Source: Eledone cirrhosa (Eukaryota). Taken from it: a stretch of 64,000 nt of DNA. The notes below the pieces were generated by a model that saw only the letters and a list, made by a program, of their open reading frames with translations, made no database searches and was not told the origin of the DNA. The position numbers and the translations under genes are program-made. Below are positions 60,901 through 64,000 of the stretch, one piece after another. The number at the start of each line of letters is the position of its first letter. Position 1 is the stretch's first letter. The stretch is taken from assembly GCA_964016885.1 (NCBI GenBank), contig OZ024741.1, positions 11,904,001 to 11,968,000 on the forward strand. The letters run 5' to 3'.

Positions 60901-63170
60901 AGTCATAGACGGTATACAACTGTAGATATAGAAAAGTCATAGACGGTATACAATCGTAAATATGACAAGTCATATACGGTATATAACTGACGACATAGAC
61001 AAGTCATAGTGGGTATACAACTGTAGACATAGACTAGTCATAGACGGTATACAACTGTAGACACAGACTAGTCATACACAGTATACAACTGTAGGCATAG
61101 ACTAGTCATAGACGGTATACAAATGTAGACACAGACTAGAGATAGACGGTATACAACTGTAGACACAGACTATGCATAGACGGTATACAACTGTAGACAT
61201 AGACTAGTCATAGACGGTATACAAATGTAGACATAGACAAGTCATAGACGGTATACAACTGTAGACATAGACTAGTCATAGACGGTATACAACTCTAGAC
61301 ATAGACAAGTCATAGCCGGTATACAACTGTAGACATAGACTAGTCATAGACGGTATACAACTGTAGACATAGACTAGTCATAGTCGGTATACAACTGTAG
61401 ACATAAACTAGTCATCGTCGGTATACAACTGTAGATACAAACTAGTCATAGACGGTATACAACTGTAGACATAGACTAGTCATAGACGGTATACCACTGT
61501 AGACACAGACAAGGCATAGACGGTATAAAGCTGTAGATACAGACTAGTCATAGACGGCATACAACTGAAGACACAGACCAGACAAGTCATAGACGGTATG
61601 CAACCGTAGACACAGAGAAGTCATAGACGGTATACAACCGTCGACATAGAGTAGTCATAGTAGGTATACAACCGTAGAACAGACTAGTCATAGAGGGTAT
61701 ACAACTGTAGACATAGACAAGTCATAGACGGTATAGAACTGTAAACATGTCATAGACGCTATACAACCGAGATATGACAAGTCATAGACGGTATACAACT
61801 GTAGACATAGACAAGTCTTAGACGGTATACAGCTGTAAACATAGACTAGTCATAGACGGTACACAACTGTAGACATAGACTAGACATAGACGTATGCAAC
61901 TGAAGACATAGACTAATCATAGACGGTATAAAACTGTAGACACAGACTAGGCATAGCTCTATGCAACTGTAAACATAGACTAGTCATAGTCGGTATACAA
62001 CTGTAGACATAGACTAGTCATAGACGGTATACAAATGTAGACACAGACGGGTCATACACGGTATACAACTGTAGACATAGACTAGTCATAGACGGTATAC
62101 AACTGTAGACAAAGACTAGGCATAGACGGTATACAACTGTAGACATCGACTGGTCAGTCAGTATACACATGTAGACATAGACTAGTCATAGACGGTATAC
62201 AACTGTAGACATAGACTAGTCATACACGGTATACATCTGTAGACACAGACTAGTCCTAGATGGTATACAACTGTAGACATAGACTAGTCATAGACGGTAT
62301 ACAACTGTAGACATAGACTAGTCATAGTCGGTATACAACTGTAGACATAGACTAGTCATCGTCGGTATACAACTGTAGATACAAACTAGTCATAGACGGT
62401 ATACAACTGTAGACATAGACTAGTCATAGACGGTATACAACTGTAAATATAGACTAGTCATAGACAGTATACAACTGTAGACACAGACTAGTCATACTCG
62501 GTATACATCTGTAGACACAGACTAGTCATAGACGGTATACAACTGTAGACACAGACTAGGTATAGACGGTATACAACTGTAGACATGAACTAGTCATAGT
62601 CGGTATACAACTGTAGACATAGACAAGTCATAGTCGGTATAAAACTGTAGACATAGACTAGTCATAGACGGTATACAACTGTAGACATAGAGAAGTCTTA
62701 GACGGTATACAGCTGTAAACTAAGACTAGTCATAGACGGTACACAACTATAGACATAGACTAGTCATTGACGGTATACAACTGTAGACACAGACTAGTTA
62801 TAGTCGGTATACAACTGTAGACACAGACAAGTCATAGACGGTATACAACTGTAGACATAGACTAGTCATAGACGGTATACAAGCGTAGACATAGACTAGT
62901 CATAGACGGTATGCAACTGTAGACATAGACTAGTCATAGACGGTATACAACTGTAGACATAGACAAGTCATAGACGGTATACAACTGTAGACATAGACAA
63001 GTCATAGATGGTATACAACTGTAGACATTGACTAGTCATAGACGGTATACAACTGTAGACATAGACTAGTCATAGACGGTATACAACTGTAGACATAGAC
63101 TAGTCATAGACGGTATACAACTGTAGACACAGACTAGTTATAGACGGTATACAACTGTAGACACAGACTA
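45160..63170. repeat. ~9.1-kb duplication (about 45160-54070 copied at about 54250-63170)
   Basis: Offsets are 9090 (cactgtctag 45211/54301; agacgttata 45531/54621), then 9101 after an 11-bp insertion near 54856 (cagaccagac 46301/55402), then 9099 after a 2-bp deletion near 57924 (tagacatcga 49481/58580 and 53041/62140). Confidence 0.93.
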
Positions 63171-64000
63171 GTCATATACGGTATACAACTGTAGACATAG
63201 ACTAGTCATAGACGGTATACAACTGTAGACATATAACTAGTCATAGTCGGTATGCAACTGTAGACATAGACAAGTCATAGTCGGTATACATCTGTAGACA
63301 TAGACTAGTCATAGACGGTATACAACTGTAGACATAGACTAGTCATAGTAGGTATACAACTGTAGACATAGACAAGTCATAGTCGGTAAACAACTGTAGA
63401 CATAGACTAGTCATAGACGGTATACAACTGTAGACATAGACTAGTCATAAACGGTATACAATTGTAGACATAGACTAGTCATAGACGGTATACAACTGTA
63501 GACATAGACTAGTCATAGGCGGTATACAACTGTAGACATATACTAGTCATAGACGGTATACAACTGTAGACATAGACTAGTCAATCAGTATACACATGTA
63601 GACATAGACTAATCATAGACAGTATACAACTGTAGACATAGACTAGTCATACACGGTATACAACTGTAGACACAGACTAGTCATACACGGTATACAACTG
63701 TAGACACAGACTAGTCATAGACGGTATACAACTGTAGACACAGACGAGTCATAGACGGTATACAACTGTAGACTCACACTAGGCATAGACGGTATACAAC
63801 TGTAGACATACACTAGTCATAGTCGGTATACAACTGTAGATATAGACTAGTCATAGACGGTATACAACTGTAGATATAGACTAGTCATAGACGGTATACA
63901 ACTGGACACACAGACTAGTCATAGACGGTATACAACTGTAGACACAGACTAGGCATAGACGGTATACAAATGTAGACATACACTAGTCATAGTCGGTATA
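47500..64000. repeat. 3,560-bp (105-monomer) higher-order repeat, in two runs (about 47500-54070 and 56600-64000)
   Basis: cagaccagac 48915/52475 and 58014/61574, tagacatcga 49481/53041 and 58580/62140, and atataactag 59671/63231 all give 3560. 3560 = 105 x 34 - 10, and the ten indel-bearing monomers I count sum to -10. Confidence 0.93.

Larger units (their letters stand above)
1..64000. repeat. Tandem satellite DNA array, 34-bp monomer CTAGTCATAGACGGTATACAACTGTAGACAYAGA, ~1,880 copies, single orientation
   Basis: Positions 1-34 read ctagtcatagacggtatacaactgtagacataga and recur at 35, 69, etc. The phase holds to the window end apart from small indels (1-11 bp). 64000/34 is about 1,882. The array runs off both window edges. 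Confidence 0.99.

Noticed and set aside
1-64000. CRISPR array (34-bp unit with partial palindromes, constant part plus variable part)
   Set aside because: The units are directly adjacent with no unique spacers. The variable half differs only by 1-3 SNVs. There is no leader and no cas gene.
1-64000. Telomerase-synthesised telomeric repeat
   Set aside because: There are no G-runs on either strand. The inherited multi-kb variant patterns indicate recombination or replication-based copying rather than fresh templated synthesis. A subtelomeric or telomerase-independent terminal location cannot be excluded.
1-64000. Repeat-protein gene, coding VNTR or antigenic-variation cassette array
   Set aside because: The unit is not a multiple of 3. 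The + strand carries several TAG stops per monomer and the - strand has two stops per 102 bp, so no long ORF exists.
1-64000. Synthetic concatemer, rolling-circle artefact or encoded message in the variant order
   Set aside because: The variants form hierarchical shared blocks with private mutations, as expected from natural duplication history. I see no evidence for a code beyond that. Local misassembly remains possible.

Overview
The whole 64 kb window is one uninterrupted, head-to-tail satellite array of a 34-bp monomer, consensus CTAGTCATAGACGGTATACAACTGTAGACAYAGA (about 1,880 copies, about 40% GC, A-rich on the + strand). I see no genes, RNA genes, transposon insertions, inversions or unique DNA. 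The ten ORFs are by-products of point variants that remove minus-strand stops in the repeat. The informative signal is the order of variant monomers. Diagnostic SNV/indel monomers reveal nested higher-order repeats (HORs) and segmental duplications: short dimer/trimer runs, a 5-mer, and periods of 20, 46, 51, 52, 98, 102, 105, 179, 204, ~268 and 621 monomers. Each measured offset equals n x 34 adjusted by the indels visible in between (the ~268 count was not itemised). The monomer is rich in short palindromes and may derive from a 17-bp unit. An array of this kind most likely comes from eukaryotic heterochromatin (centromeric, pericentromeric or subtelomeric), but the organism and function cannot be determined from the sequence. 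I cannot support a claim of a new gene-based system here.
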